Shown here: positions 50,925-61,155 of the stretch, piece after piece
Position numbering within the stretch: position 1 is the first letter of the stretch
How the letters are laid out: every line of letters begins with the position of its first letter
NCBI GenBank assembly: GCA_024711295.1
Contig: JANJTB010000002.1
Coordinates: 78,223 to 142,222, forward strand
Length of the DNA stretch: 64,000 bases
Direction of reading: 5' to 3'
From: a bacterium
Lineage (GTDB): Bacteria; Bacteroidota; Ignavibacteria; Kapaibacteriales; UBA2268
Program-made: the position numbers and the translations under genes
The notes under the pieces: model-generated
What the model saw: the letters and a program-made list of their open reading frames with translations, nothing else
What the model was told of the DNA's origin: nothing
The model's database searches: none

Positions 50925-53756
50925 CTAGTACTTCAAGATTTTTATAGATTTGCGCAGCTCCTTACTACTTAGGTGAAAATAATATACACCAATAGGGTAA
51001 TCTGAAAGATTTACCTTTAACATCTCATTTTCAATTAAATAGTCAATATTTTGATTATCCAATACTCTGACACCTAATGAATTTGAAATATAATAACTTA
51101 CATTTGTAATTGTAAAAGGTATAGTTAAGCTGATTATGTCATTAGTTGGCTGTGGATATACATGAACGTCTATTTCAGTTTCATCATTAGCATTTACAGA
51201 TACTACTCCGAATAAACATTCTCTCAGAGCTTTTGCTAAATCGCTTTCATTATCACCTGCACCAACACATATTGAACAGATTTTACTAACCCCGGGCTCC
51301 CAATCACCATTGAATTTAACTCCTACGACTGAACCAAAATCAGATTCTTTTGTGGATTGTAGCTCGGTACCAATATTTAGGGACATTATTCTAAAATTAT
51401 TATCAAAAGACCCTTGAAAATCATAATCTAAACCAGCGCTCACAGGAGATATATTCTCCTCATTACTGTATGCTGCCGAGCCAAAGTAGGGATAATCAGA
51501 TTTTGCAAAAACAGCTTGTGCAGCTGCTTTCCCCTTAAAGTCATCAGGTATCGCTTCTGCCAGCAACTTCGAACGATTTTTTGTTGATTCACTGCTTACA
51601 TCCCAATCAATGTAGAGTCCAAATGATACATCTTTAATTGGGAATTGAGATGTATTTGTAATTTTGAAATCATATTTAGTTGCCTTTGCATCAATTGATG
51701 TGAATGACACTTTTTGCTCGATTTCAAGCCCAATCTTCTGATTGCCACCGTTATTGTCATTATAAACAGCTAAATATCTATCGGGAGGAACGAATCCCTT
51801 AACAGTTGAAAATGAGTAAATTTTGTTTACACTAGAATTATAAACCACTCTTTGAGAATTTTCAGAAATCATTATACTTGAATTTCTATAAACCTGATTT
51901 CCATAGTTTTTGTAACCGAATCCAACACCGGAAATCGAAGAGCCTGATGTACTAAATCCAAACTCGCCAATATCACTCATTGAAAACTTGATTTGATTGT
52001 TTGCAAATGTACTTATATCTTTTGCAGGAGTAAAATTGAATTTAAAGAAATCATTGTACGAATTTTCTCCATTAATATCTACTCTGAAAATTACATTCCC
52101 AGAGTAATTGTTTTTAATTCTAATAACAAAATCATCAATTTCTAACTCCTGATTATTGTCAACAAAGCTAAAATCAGATGAATTCTGCAATATTTCCACA
52201 GAATTTGCAGGATCGTAGGCAATACTCAATATAAAACTTAAGTTGTTCGCTTTGCCTAAAACATTCTTTGCATATATTTTAATTCTAACTTCATCACCGG
52301 CTGAAAATCTGTCTGTTTCGGTATCAGATTTATCAAAATAAGAATATCTCAAAGGAAGAATCCCAGGAATAGAAAAAGGATCAATGGTTACTGCTTTTAA
52401 TACATTTATTCTACCTGGAATGAGGTGTTGGTCAGTAGAGGAAAAATTATTATGTCTGTCAACTGCTTGCCTAACAAATTCAAGAGATTGCAAAGCATCA
52501 AGTTGAGGATACTTTGACCTAACCAATGCTAATGCTCCAGCAACAACTGGTGAAGCAAAAGAAGTACCACCATCACATGTAAAATAACCATTATTTGTTG
52601 TTGTGTAATTATCATCGCCTGGAGCAAGTATTCTACAACCTGCAGATATGGAACTAGTCGAGGTTAGTCTGTCGATGGAGGTTACCTCTCCGACACCTAA
52701 TACACCAAAATAACTTGCAGGGAAAAATGAGTCGTATTTTGTAAATTTTGATGATGTGTTACCTGCCGCTGCAACAATTGCTACATTTTTACTAATAGCA
52801 AAATCAATTATAGACTGGTCAATTTCCGAGAATGGTTTTACCACTCCCCAACTGCAATTGAGTACTTTAATACCTCTGATAGCAGCATAAACTATTGATT
52901 CATAAGCATATTTGAGCGAACTGCCGTCAACTATTTTGAGAGGCAATAATTTGCAATTAAATCCTATACCTGCAATACCAAGACTATTATCTGTACTTGC
53001 TCCAGCTATTCCTGCAACTTGTTGACCATGACTTATTGAAGGGTTATATGTATCTCCAGGACCGAAAGAAGTGCCTTGCCATGAAAAATTATATCCTGAA
53101 TAATCATCAATATATCCATTATCATCATTATCAAGTCCATCATTGGGAATTTCATTGTCATTAAATGCAAGATTACCGATTATATCTTCATGCTGTTGAT
53201 TTGTTCCACTATCGCTTATCCCAATTATTACATTCGGGTCACCTTTTTCAATTGACCAGGCTTCGTAAGCTTTTATTAAAGTCAAAAAATCATCCTGCAT
53301 ATCTATCATTTCATCATTTGGCTTGTAAGAAGAGAAAAATTCGGGTAAATAATAAGGCTCAGCAATCTCGATTGCTGGATTCGCCAAAAGAATCCTCCTG
53401 CAAAACTCTTCCGGTTCAATATTATCATCAAAAATTATGGTGAAAGTACGCAATAATTTTTCCTCAGCTTGATAAATTTTTGACTTTTCTTTATAATCAT
53501 AGTTAACACTTAGCAAGGAATTATAGGTAAGACTATTTTGAGGGCTAAGTAATTGAGATATATCAGATATTCCCATTCCACTTCGTAAAATTATCTGCTT
53601 ATTAAAAATATCATAACCCGGTTTGACCCGTATAATTACCTTGTTTGATAAAACTTTCGACAATCTGCCAACTTTTTGATTTGGCTCTAGTACATCATTT
53701 TTCGAATATAATTCCGATGATAATAAAAGCAAAATAATAACGGTAAATATTTTCAT
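50925..53756 (-). CDS. S8 serine peptidase with T9SS C-terminal domain
   Basis: ISDSG, HGQQVAG, AAAGN, GTSFASP; VYPQP...YPIGVYYFHL tail. Confidence 0.88.
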   Translation of the reverse strand: MKIFTVIILLLLSSELYSKNDVLEPNQKVGRLSKVLSNKVIIRVKPGYDIFNKQIILRSGMGISDISQLLSPQNSLTYNSLLSVNYDYKEKSKIYQAEEKLLRTFTIIFDDNIEPEEFCRRILLANPAIEIAEPYYLPEFFSSYKPNDEMIDMQDDFLTLIKAYEAWSIEKGDPNVIIGISDSGTNQQHEDIIGNLAFNDNEIPNDGLDNDDNGYIDDYSGYNFSWQGTSFGPGDTYNPSISHGQQVAGIAGASTDNSLGIAGIGFNCKLLPLKIVDGSSLKYAYESIVYAAIRGIKVLNCSWGVVKPFSEIDQSIIDFAISKNVAIVAAAGNTSSKFTKYDSFFPASYFGVLGVGEVTSIDRLTSTSSISAGCRILAPGDDNYTTTNNGYFTCDGGTSFASPVVAGALALVRSKYPQLDALQSLEFVRQAVDRHNNFSSTDQHLIPGRINVLKAVTIDPFSIPGILPLRYSYFDKSDTETDRFSAGDEVRIKIYAKNVLGKANNLSFILSIAYDPANSVEILQNSSDFSFVDNNQELEIDDFVIRIKNNYSGNVIFRVDINGENSYNDFFKFNFTPAKDISTFANNQIKFSMSDIGEFGFSTSGSSISGVGFGYKNYGNQVYRNSSIMISENSQRVVYNSSVNKIYSFSTVKGFVPPDRYLAVYNDNNGGNQKIGLEIEQKVSFTSIDAKATKYDFKITNTSQFPIKDVSFGLYIDWDVSSESTKNRSKLLAEAIPDDFKGKAAAQAVFAKSDYPYFGSAAYSNEENISPVSAGLDYDFQGSFDNNFRIMSLNIGTELQSTKESDFGSVVGVKFNGDWEPGVSKICSICVGAGDNESDLAKALRECLFGVVSVNANDETEIDVHVYPQPTNDIISLTIPFTITNVSYYISNSLGVRVLDNQNIDYLIENEMLKVNLSDYPIGVYYFHLSSKELRKSIKILKY

Positions 53757-53846
53757 TAATTCCTCAGTAATTTTTATTCTATATAAACAATCTTAACTGT
53801 TTTTCGTTACATTTATTTTGAAGATTAAATAAATTATTTTAAAAAA

Positions 53847-54464
53847 ATGTGCGGAAGATTTGCCTTAACAGCTACTACAAAAGATATTGAGAAGTTAAGA
53901 CCTAAGATTAATTCTGACTTCGAGATAGTTCCAAATAAAAATATTAGTCCCGGTTCGGAAATTGTTATAATCAAAAACAGTGAACCCGATATTCTTGATA
54001 AAGCTATATGGGGATTGATTCCTTACTGGGCAAAAGATCTGAACTTTGGGAGTAAACTATTCAATGCAAGGTCAGAAACATTAGAAGAAAAGGCATCTTT
54101 CAAAAATAGTTTTAAGAAAAGAAGATGTCTTATACCGGCTAACTCATTTTTTGAATGGAAAGCGGTTGATCAGAATAGCAAAAAACAAAAATATGAAATT
54201 AATTGCAACTGCACTCACATTTTTTTCTTTGCCGGATTGTGGGACTTGTGGAAATCTCATGATAACAATACAATTGTATCTTCTACGATTATTACTTGTG
54301 AGCCCAACAATAAAATGAGTAACATTCACAACCGTATGCCTGTAATCCTAATCAGTAACGAAGAACAGGAAATCTGGATAAGCGATACTCAGGATTTTAG
54401 TCAACTCAAATCATTACTTAAACCAATCGATGACAATTTTATTAACATAAGTTTGTCGGCTTAA
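53847..54464 (+). CDS. SOS response-associated peptidase (SRAP/YedK/HMCES family)
   Basis: MCGRF, WGLIP, FNARSET, RRCLIPA..FFEW, IHNRMPVIL. Confidence 0.95.
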   Translation: MCGRFALTATTKDIEKLRPKINSDFEIVPNKNISPGSEIVIIKNSEPDILDKAIWGLIPYWAKDLNFGSKLFNARSETLEEKASFKNSFKKRRCLIPANSFFEWKAVDQNSKKQKYEINCNCTHIFFFAGLWDLWKSHDNNTIVSSTIITCEPNNKMSNIHNRMPVILISNEEQEIWISDTQDFSQLKSLLKPIDDNFINISLSA

Positions 54465-54492
54465 TTTTTTTTTCACATTTCTTCGAAACAAA

Positions 54493-55185
54493 ATGAATTC
54501 TTACAAAATTAAATTGTCAATTATTTACGGATTACTTGCTTTCGGCGGCATATGGAATTACTTTGGATTATTTCAATCTGTCATGCAATCAACAGCAGGA
54601 TTGATGATTATTCTCATCACTTTTTACTTGTTTTATGAAATACAAAATAAGAAAATCTCAGAGCATGATTCAGCAGGCAATCCATTAATTCAGGATTATA
54701 AAGTGAGAATGCTTTTATACTTTATCTTTGTGATTGCTGCAGGATGGTTAATTGAATTTATTGGTGTGAGTACAGGATATATTTTTGGCAATTACAAATA
54801 TTCAAAACTACTTTTACCTCAAATTTTGGATGTACCCATTGCTATTGGATTTGCTTGGTTCTCTACTTTGATTGTTTCAGTGGCCATAATTCAAACTTAC
54901 ACAAAAATTAACATAAAGCTAATCAAAACATATAAGAAAGCGCTTTTGACGGGTTTTTTGATGACTGTTTTTGATTACTTTTTAGAATTTGCTGCTATCA
55001 AGTTAGGTTATTGGAGTTGGCAAATTGGGATACCGCCATTTACAAATTACTTAGCATGGTTTGTTTTTGGTTCATTATTTACTTATATTGGATTCAGGTT
55101 TAATTTGCTTGATCTAAGACTACCCAAAATAGCAAGTCATTTGTATTTTGCTCAGCTTATTTATTTCGGTTTATCAGCTATATAA
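54493..55185 (+). CDS. Carotenoid biosynthesis membrane protein (CruF-like hydratase)
   Basis: EFIGVSTG.IFG.Y.Y, VP.AI..AW, D..LE, YW.W..PP..NY.AW. Confidence 0.78.
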   Translation: MNSYKIKLSIIYGLLAFGGIWNYFGLFQSVMQSTAGLMIILITFYLFYEIQNKKISEHDSAGNPLIQDYKVRMLLYFIFVIAAGWLIEFIGVSTGYIFGNYKYSKLLLPQILDVPIAIGFAWFSTLIVSVAIIQTYTKINIKLIKTYKKALLTGFLMTVFDYFLEFAAIKLGYWSWQIGIPPFTNYLAWFVFGSLFTYIGFRFNLLDLRLPKIASHLYFAQLIYFGLSAI

Positions 55186-55241
55186 AAAAAGAGCTCTCGC
55201 AATTTTTAATGTAAGAGCTCAATTTTTATATCAAGAATCTT

Positions 55242-56765
55242 TTAGTCCAAACTTCCGACTAATTTTTCAACTTCGTTAAGAATTTCGCCTGATTTAACAA
55301 GAGCTGCCATTGTATTGTGATCATTAAACAGTGGTCTGTCAATATCAAGAAAATCTACATGCTTTCTTATAACTTCCCAAGCTTTTGTCACACCATCACC
55401 TTTTTTAAACTCTCTGAAATCAAGAGCTTGTGCTGCTGCCATTAATTCAATACCAATAATTCCGAATGCATTATCGAGAATTTGCTGGTTCTTTAGCGCA
55501 GTGTTCATACCCATCGATACAAAATCTTCCTGGTCAGCTGCTGCTGGAATTGATTGAATTGAAGCAGGATTAGATAATATCCTTTGCTCAACAATAAGCA
55601 TATCAGCTGTGTATTGACTAAGCATCATACCGGAGAACATGCCAGCTCCCTTTGTCAAAAATGCCGGTAAACCGACACTCAATGCTGGATTCAGAAGTCT
55701 GTTCAATCTTCTTTCGGAAAGGACACAAACCATTGTTAATGAAGCACCTGCCATATCCATAGGCAATGAAACAGGAGTTCCCTGGAAGTTCGCGCCTGTG
55801 AGTGTGATATTTTCATCAGGCAAGAAAATTGGATTATCTCCTACTCCGTTCAGTTCAATCTCAACCTGACTTTTAGCATACTTACATGCGTCATGAGCTG
55901 CTCCAATTACTTGAGGTGTTGACCTCATTGAGTACGCATCCTGAACTTTTGTTTTCATTTTTCCGCTAAGTAAATCACTACCTTCGAGTAATTTTCTTAT
56001 TGAAGCTGCAGATCTTACAGCACCGCTAAACCCTCGTAATTCGTGCAATCTAGTATCATATGGCTTCATGTTTGCAAGAAGTGCTTCTAACGACATTGCT
56101 GCAGCAATCTCTGCATGCTTTATCAAACGATTGTAATCATATAATTGAATAGCTGACATAGCAGTCAATAAATTCGAGCCGTTTATAGTTGATAAACCAT
56201 CTCTTGCTTGAAGTCCAGGAATTGGAATTCCAGCTTTTTCAAACGCAACTTTTGTCGGCATTCTTTCACCTTGATAGAATGACTCTCCTTCGCCCATCAT
56301 GGACAAAGCCATTTGAGACATAGGAGCTAAATCTCCGCATGCACCAACCGAACCTTTCTGGCATACAACAGGTGTTACCCCCTTATTGAGCATTTCTGCC
56401 AATGTTTGAGTAATTTCAGGACGACATCCTGAATTGCCATGCGCCTGAACATTAATTCTTCCGGCTATTGCACCACGTACAAACTCCTCGCGAGTTGGTT
56501 CACCTATACCGGCAGCGTGATTATAAATCAAGTACTTCTGGAATTCTTTAATTTGTTCATCGTTAAGAACTATTTCAGAAAATTCCCCAATACCTGTATT
56601 AACACCATACATTATTTCACGCTTTTCAATTTTTGATTCGAGTACTGCACGACATTTTTTGATTAAGTCTATTGATTCAGCACTCAATTCTACCTTTTCT
56701 CTGTTACGGGCTATATCTACAACTTTCTCTACAGTCAGATTTTTACCATTTAATGTTATTGCCAT
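55242..56765 (-). CDS. Aromatic amino-acid ammonia-lyase family (HutH-like) with atypical Ala-Cys-Gly MIO motif
   Basis: YGVNTGIG, GSVGACGDLAP, QDAYSMR, DNP, ANFQG, QEDFVSMG. Confidence 0.9.
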   Translation of the reverse strand: MAITLNGKNLTVEKVVDIARNREKVELSAESIDLIKKCRAVLESKIEKREIMYGVNTGIGEFSEIVLNDEQIKEFQKYLIYNHAAGIGEPTREEFVRGAIAGRINVQAHGNSGCRPEITQTLAEMLNKGVTPVVCQKGSVGACGDLAPMSQMALSMMGEGESFYQGERMPTKVAFEKAGIPIPGLQARDGLSTINGSNLLTAMSAIQLYDYNRLIKHAEIAAAMSLEALLANMKPYDTRLHELRGFSGAVRSAASIRKLLEGSDLLSGKMKTKVQDAYSMRSTPQVIGAAHDACKYAKSQVEIELNGVGDNPIFLPDENITLTGANFQGTPVSLPMDMAGASLTMVCVLSERRLNRLLNPALSVGLPAFLTKGAGMFSGMMLSQYTADMLIVEQRILSNPASIQSIPAAADQEDFVSMGMNTALKNQQILDNAFGIIGIELMAAAQALDFREFKKGDGVTKAWEVIRKHVDFLDIDRPLFNDHNTMAALVKSGEILNEVEKLVGSLD

Positions 56766-56944
56766 TTTATATTCCTTTTATATACTTTTTATGATTTATT
56801 AATAAAATATTTTACAAAATTACAAAAAAATCATTTAATATATCCTCAATAATTGACTTTATTATATTGTTTCTAATTAGTTAATAAAATTTATCATTTT
56901 TTTATTCCTCTCTATTTTTTTAAAACAATTGAAACAATAAAAAG

Positions 56945-57310
56945 ATGAAAGAAATTATCATTTTACTTTTAACAGGATTATCTGCTGGTATGTTAAGCGG
57001 AGTATTGGGTATTGGCGGAGGAATCATAGTCATACCTGTACTTGTACTGATTCTGGGATTTAGTCAGCAGATGGCTCAAGGCACATCACTTGCACTACTA
57101 TTGCCTCCTATTGGATTATTTGCAGTAATTAATTATTACAAGTCAGGATTTGTTGATTTCAAAGCAGCAGGATTAATGATAGTTACATTTATTATTGGGA
57201 GTTATTTTTCATCAAAGTTTGCCACTAATATTGATGAAAATATGCTTAAAAAAATATTTGGCATTTTTCTGGTAATATATGGCATAAAATTATTCTTTGA
57301 GAAGTCATAA
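56945..57310 (+). CDS. TauE/SafE (TSUP) family membrane protein, single-repeat form
   Basis: GVLGIGGGIIVIP, AQGTSL; 121 aa. Confidence 0.85.
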   Translation: MKEIIILLLTGLSAGMLSGVLGIGGGIIVIPVLVLILGFSQQMAQGTSLALLLPPIGLFAVINYYKSGFVDFKAAGLMIVTFIIGSYFSSKFATNIDENMLKKIFGIFLVIYGIKLFFEKS

Positions 57311-57363
57311 AAAAAACGTTATTTTGCATATTATTTTTTCGTCCTAAATCAAAGAGATTTATA

Positions 57364-58953
57364 ATGTTTAGATTATTGGGAATAATACTTGTTTTTATTG
57401 CAGCAAATTATAGTTTACTTTCCCAGTATCCAAAAATTCTTTGGTGGTTTGATACTTTTGATTCTGCTTACGGACAGACAGCGTTTGATGATGTTGATGG
57501 AGATGGGAAATATGAGTTAGTATTTGGATGCTATAGAAATGATAGTTGTGTTTATGTTTTAAATGGTGAAGATGGCTCGCTCAAGTGGAGATTTAATACT
57601 ACAGATTATCAAGAAGGATGCAACGATGTTGCAACATTACTATTTGACATCAACCACGACGGCATTTCTGAAATATTTGTCCCATCCAGTTGCAATCCAT
57701 TTACTTACTGCCTCGATGGTAAAAATAACAGTATAATTTGGAAGACAACTACAAAGGGAAGTGACTCTCCACCTGTATTGGCCGATATTGACAATGATGG
57801 TAAGCTTGAATTACTTCATGGAGAATTTGGTGGATATGTAATTTGTATTGATGCTGAAACAGGAAGTATTAAATGGGAGATTTTGGTTGATGATAGGTCC
57901 TGGATACAGACTGCACCAACAGTTACAGACATTAATAAAGACGGTTACCTTGATTTTGTAGTATCTACGTGGCAGTTTGACAAAAAAAACAGTTTTTATG
58001 CGTATGATGGGAAAACTCTTGAAATAATGTGGAAAGTGGATTTAAATGATTATGTGTATCACGGTACAGCATTAATTGATTTAAATTTTGATGGCTACTC
58101 GGACTTTGTATTTGGCGATTATTCCGGAACCCTTTGGGCTATAAATGGTAAAGACGGAACAATAATATGGACACACAAAGCTTTTTCATATATAGGTGCA
58201 CCTGTTACTGTTGCTGATTTGAATAATGACGGAATATGCGAAATCATCTTTGTCAGTCTTTACAAAATTCAGTGTTTAGACATTAATGGTAATTTACTTT
58301 GGGCATTTGATGAACTCAACTATGGCAATGTGTTTAGGGGAACAGTGGTATCTGACATTGACCTTGATGGTACAAAAGAAGTAATTTTTGGCTCATCGTC
58401 AGGCATATTATATGCATTAGACGGGATAAACGGCTCTGCCAAATGGACATTCAATTTATCACAGCATATAGAAAAAGACTTTGATATAAACCATGCTCCA
58501 GTAATTGGAGATTTTAACAAAGATGGTTTCTTGGATTTATTCATTGTTGGCGGAAAAACAGACTATCCTGATTTTTCAAATAATTATGGAAGGGCATATT
58601 GCTTAGAAATTGGCACAGGGAAGGAAGAATGGAAGATGTTTCAGAATAATTTTCATAGAAGTTGTGGCACTTGTTTTAACAACTCGGTTTCGGTTAAGGA
58701 TTTGTCCTTACTTGAACCCACTATTACTTTTATTAATGGTGAACTGAATATATATAATTTAAATTCACAACATCAATATCATTTGCAAATTTGTGACTTA
58801 TTAGGCAATGTAATTTTAACGGATGACATTAATGAAATTAATTATTATAAATCATTTAATGACTTAAGTTATTTATATTCAAATGTTTTGATTGCAAGAC
58901 TTACAAACAGAAAAAATAATTCACAAATTGTGAAAAAAATTGTAATATTATAA
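57364..58953 (+). CDS. FG-GAP/PQQ-like beta-propeller secreted protein with degenerate T9SS-like tail
   Basis: Repeated D.D.DG..E/D motifs and G...W repeats; ICDLLGN in the tail. Confidence 0.8.
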   Translation: MFRLLGIILVFIAANYSLLSQYPKILWWFDTFDSAYGQTAFDDVDGDGKYELVFGCYRNDSCVYVLNGEDGSLKWRFNTTDYQEGCNDVATLLFDINHDGISEIFVPSSCNPFTYCLDGKNNSIIWKTTTKGSDSPPVLADIDNDGKLELLHGEFGGYVICIDAETGSIKWEILVDDRSWIQTAPTVTDINKDGYLDFVVSTWQFDKKNSFYAYDGKTLEIMWKVDLNDYVYHGTALIDLNFDGYSDFVFGDYSGTLWAINGKDGTIIWTHKAFSYIGAPVTVADLNNDGICEIIFVSLYKIQCLDINGNLLWAFDELNYGNVFRGTVVSDIDLDGTKEVIFGSSSGILYALDGINGSAKWTFNLSQHIEKDFDINHAPVIGDFNKDGFLDLFIVGGKTDYPDFSNNYGRAYCLEIGTGKEEWKMFQNNFHRSCGTCFNNSVSVKDLSLLEPTITFINGELNIYNLNSQHQYHLQICDLLGNVILTDDINEINYYKSFNDLSYLYSNVLIARLTNRKNNSQIVKKIVIL

Positions 58954-59028
58954 TTTTTTTTGTGCTTTTTTTAATTTTGAACTGTCTATATATAATATAT
59001 TATACAAATTTTTCAGGAGTTTATTTAA

Positions 59029-61011
59029 ATGAAAAAGTTTCTACATTTGATTTTGATGTTTGCAGTCATTACACTGATTTTTGCTTCATGTAAAGACACA
59101 ACAACAAATCCAGTATCGGAAAATATTATTTCCGGAATAATCGCTGACGAACTTGATGCTCCAATCGAAAATGCACTTGTTGAATTGCTTGGTGCCGAGG
59201 AAAAAGTTATCTCCAATACTAAAACAAACGAAAATGGAGAGTTTTCTTTTACAGTTTCAGGTAACGACTACAAGAATTTTTCACTAAGAGTAAGTTTCGA
59301 AGGTTACCAAACTCTCAATTACACTGTCTCGGAGTTCCTGAAGGATAATCAAAAACCAAATAACATGAAACTTAAGTTAAATAAACTACAAGAACAGGAT
59401 GATTGCTGTGGCCAATTGACAATCACTGTTAAGAAGTTCGAAACAGACCAGGTAATTTCAGGTGCAAAAGTAAAGATATCAAAAGAGAATAAAAATTTTG
59501 ATATATTAACAACCAATGATAACGGCAAAGTGACCTGGAATAAATTATGCTCAGGAACTTATTGGGTTAGAATCAGTAAAGATAATTTTCAAGTTTTGGA
59601 AAAAGAATTTATTATAGAAGGAGACTGTGATACACTTAGCTTTGAATACGGAATAAAACCTGAAGAAAACAGTAATTGCTGCAATAACATTGCAAAGTTT
59701 ACTATCAACGACGCTGAGGGCAAAGGCATCAAAGGTGCACGTGTATTATTAAGAATTTCTGGCCAAGTTAAGTATGAAGGTTCTGCGAATGAAGATGGCA
59801 AAGTAGTTATTGATGGCATTTGCAAAGGTAAATATTCTGTACTTATAAAATACGAAGGTTATGTATCCCAGGAGGTGGATCTTGAATTTAATTGTGAACA
59901 GACTATAGAAAAAACTGTAAAATTGGATAAAGTTGCAGAAAAGTGTTGCAATAACACATTTAAAATTTTAGTAAAAGATTCCAAAACAGGCAATCCTATT
60001 AAAGAGTCCAAAGTTGCATTGTGGCAAGAAGGGAAAATGGTTTATTATGCATATACCAATCAAGAGGGCTATGCAGAAATAAATAATATTTGCCAGGGCA
60101 AATATGGAGTTAGTATTATCCGCGAAGGCTATACAGGCATAGAATGGCAAGTTGAATTCGAATGTGAAAAGGTACTATCATTCGAAAAATCTATAACTCC
60201 AAAGGCAAATACTGATTGTTGCGGTATAGCTTCTTTTGTTGTTAAGGATTATAACACCGGTCTTCCAATCAAAAATGCTGAAGTTAAAGTACAGACCGGC
60301 AATACCTATAAGATACTAAAAACAGATGAGAATGGATTTGTAAAATTCACTGAATTATGCATTGGTTCCTATTGGGTAAGAGTTGCTTACGAAGGTTACC
60401 AGGTAATGGAAGAAGATTTTAAGATTGAATCATGCGAAAAACAAGTAGAGATGACTCTTAAAATCAAACCTAAAGAAAACTCAGATTGTTGTAATAATCA
60501 AATTAAGTTTGTTGTAAAAGATGCGGAAGGAAATTTGTTGACCAATGTTCAAATCAAGTTAGTTAAAGGTGGGTCAATAATTACTACTTTAAAGACACAA
60601 AATGGCCTTGCAACAACTGATAAGAATATTTGCAAAGGTTCTTATGGTGTTCGTATTTACCTCGAAGGCTACGATGTTATAGAATACGAACTGAATGTTG
60701 ATTGCAACCAAGTTATCGAACAATCAAAAGTATTAACTAAAAAATCAATATGTTGCGAAGCCTGGGCAAAAGTTTTTGTGTTCGACAACGAAAGTAAACA
60801 AGCTCTTAATGGTGCAAAAGTAAAGATTTGGAAAGGCGGTCAATTACTAAAAACATTAACTGTCGAGAACGGATATGTTAAGTTTACAGGCCTTTGTGAA
60901 GGTGAATATGGCTTTGACGTTGTTATGGAAGGCTACAAGTCAATAGAATTTGGCGCAAATATCAAATGTAACCAGGAAAATATCTTTGAGAAAGGTTTAA
61001 TCAAGAATTAA
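59029..61011 (+). CDS. Lipoprotein with tandem carboxypeptidase-regulatory-like (transthyretin-like) domains, six of them with 4 Cys each
   Basis: FASC lipobox; ~90-aa repeats CC...A.V...T..NG...(I/L)C.G.Y...EGY...C. Confidence 0.82.
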   Translation: MKKFLHLILMFAVITLIFASCKDTTTNPVSENIISGIIADELDAPIENALVELLGAEEKVISNTKTNENGEFSFTVSGNDYKNFSLRVSFEGYQTLNYTVSEFLKDNQKPNNMKLKLNKLQEQDDCCGQLTITVKKFETDQVISGAKVKISKENKNFDILTTNDNGKVTWNKLCSGTYWVRISKDNFQVLEKEFIIEGDCDTLSFEYGIKPEENSNCCNNIAKFTINDAEGKGIKGARVLLRISGQVKYEGSANEDGKVVIDGICKGKYSVLIKYEGYVSQEVDLEFNCEQTIEKTVKLDKVAEKCCNNTFKILVKDSKTGNPIKESKVALWQEGKMVYYAYTNQEGYAEINNICQGKYGVSIIREGYTGIEWQVEFECEKVLSFEKSITPKANTDCCGIASFVVKDYNTGLPIKNAEVKVQTGNTYKILKTDENGFVKFTELCIGSYWVRVAYEGYQVMEEDFKIESCEKQVEMTLKIKPKENSDCCNNQIKFVVKDAEGNLLTNVQIKLVKGGSIITTLKTQNGLATTDKNICKGSYGVRIYLEGYDVIEYELNVDCNQVIEQSKVLTKKSICCEAWAKVFVFDNESKQALNGAKVKIWKGGQLLKTLTVENGYVKFTGLCEGEYGFDVVMEGYKSIEFGANIKCNQENIFEKGLIKN

Positions 61012-61036
61012 CTTTTGTTTGAAATTAATTTTTTAT

Positions 61037-61072
61037 AAAGCTGCTTATCATTGTTTTAAGCAGCTTTTTTTT
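61037..61072 (+). terminator. Intrinsic terminator
   Basis: AAAGCTGCTTA/TAAGCAGCTTT stem plus T-run. Confidence 0.7.
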
Positions 61073-61155
61073 GGATTAACAACTATTAACTTGTGGGGAA
61101 ATTTTTTATTTATTACTTTTAAGTAAATTTAGCTTAAATTAAAAAGAATCAATCA

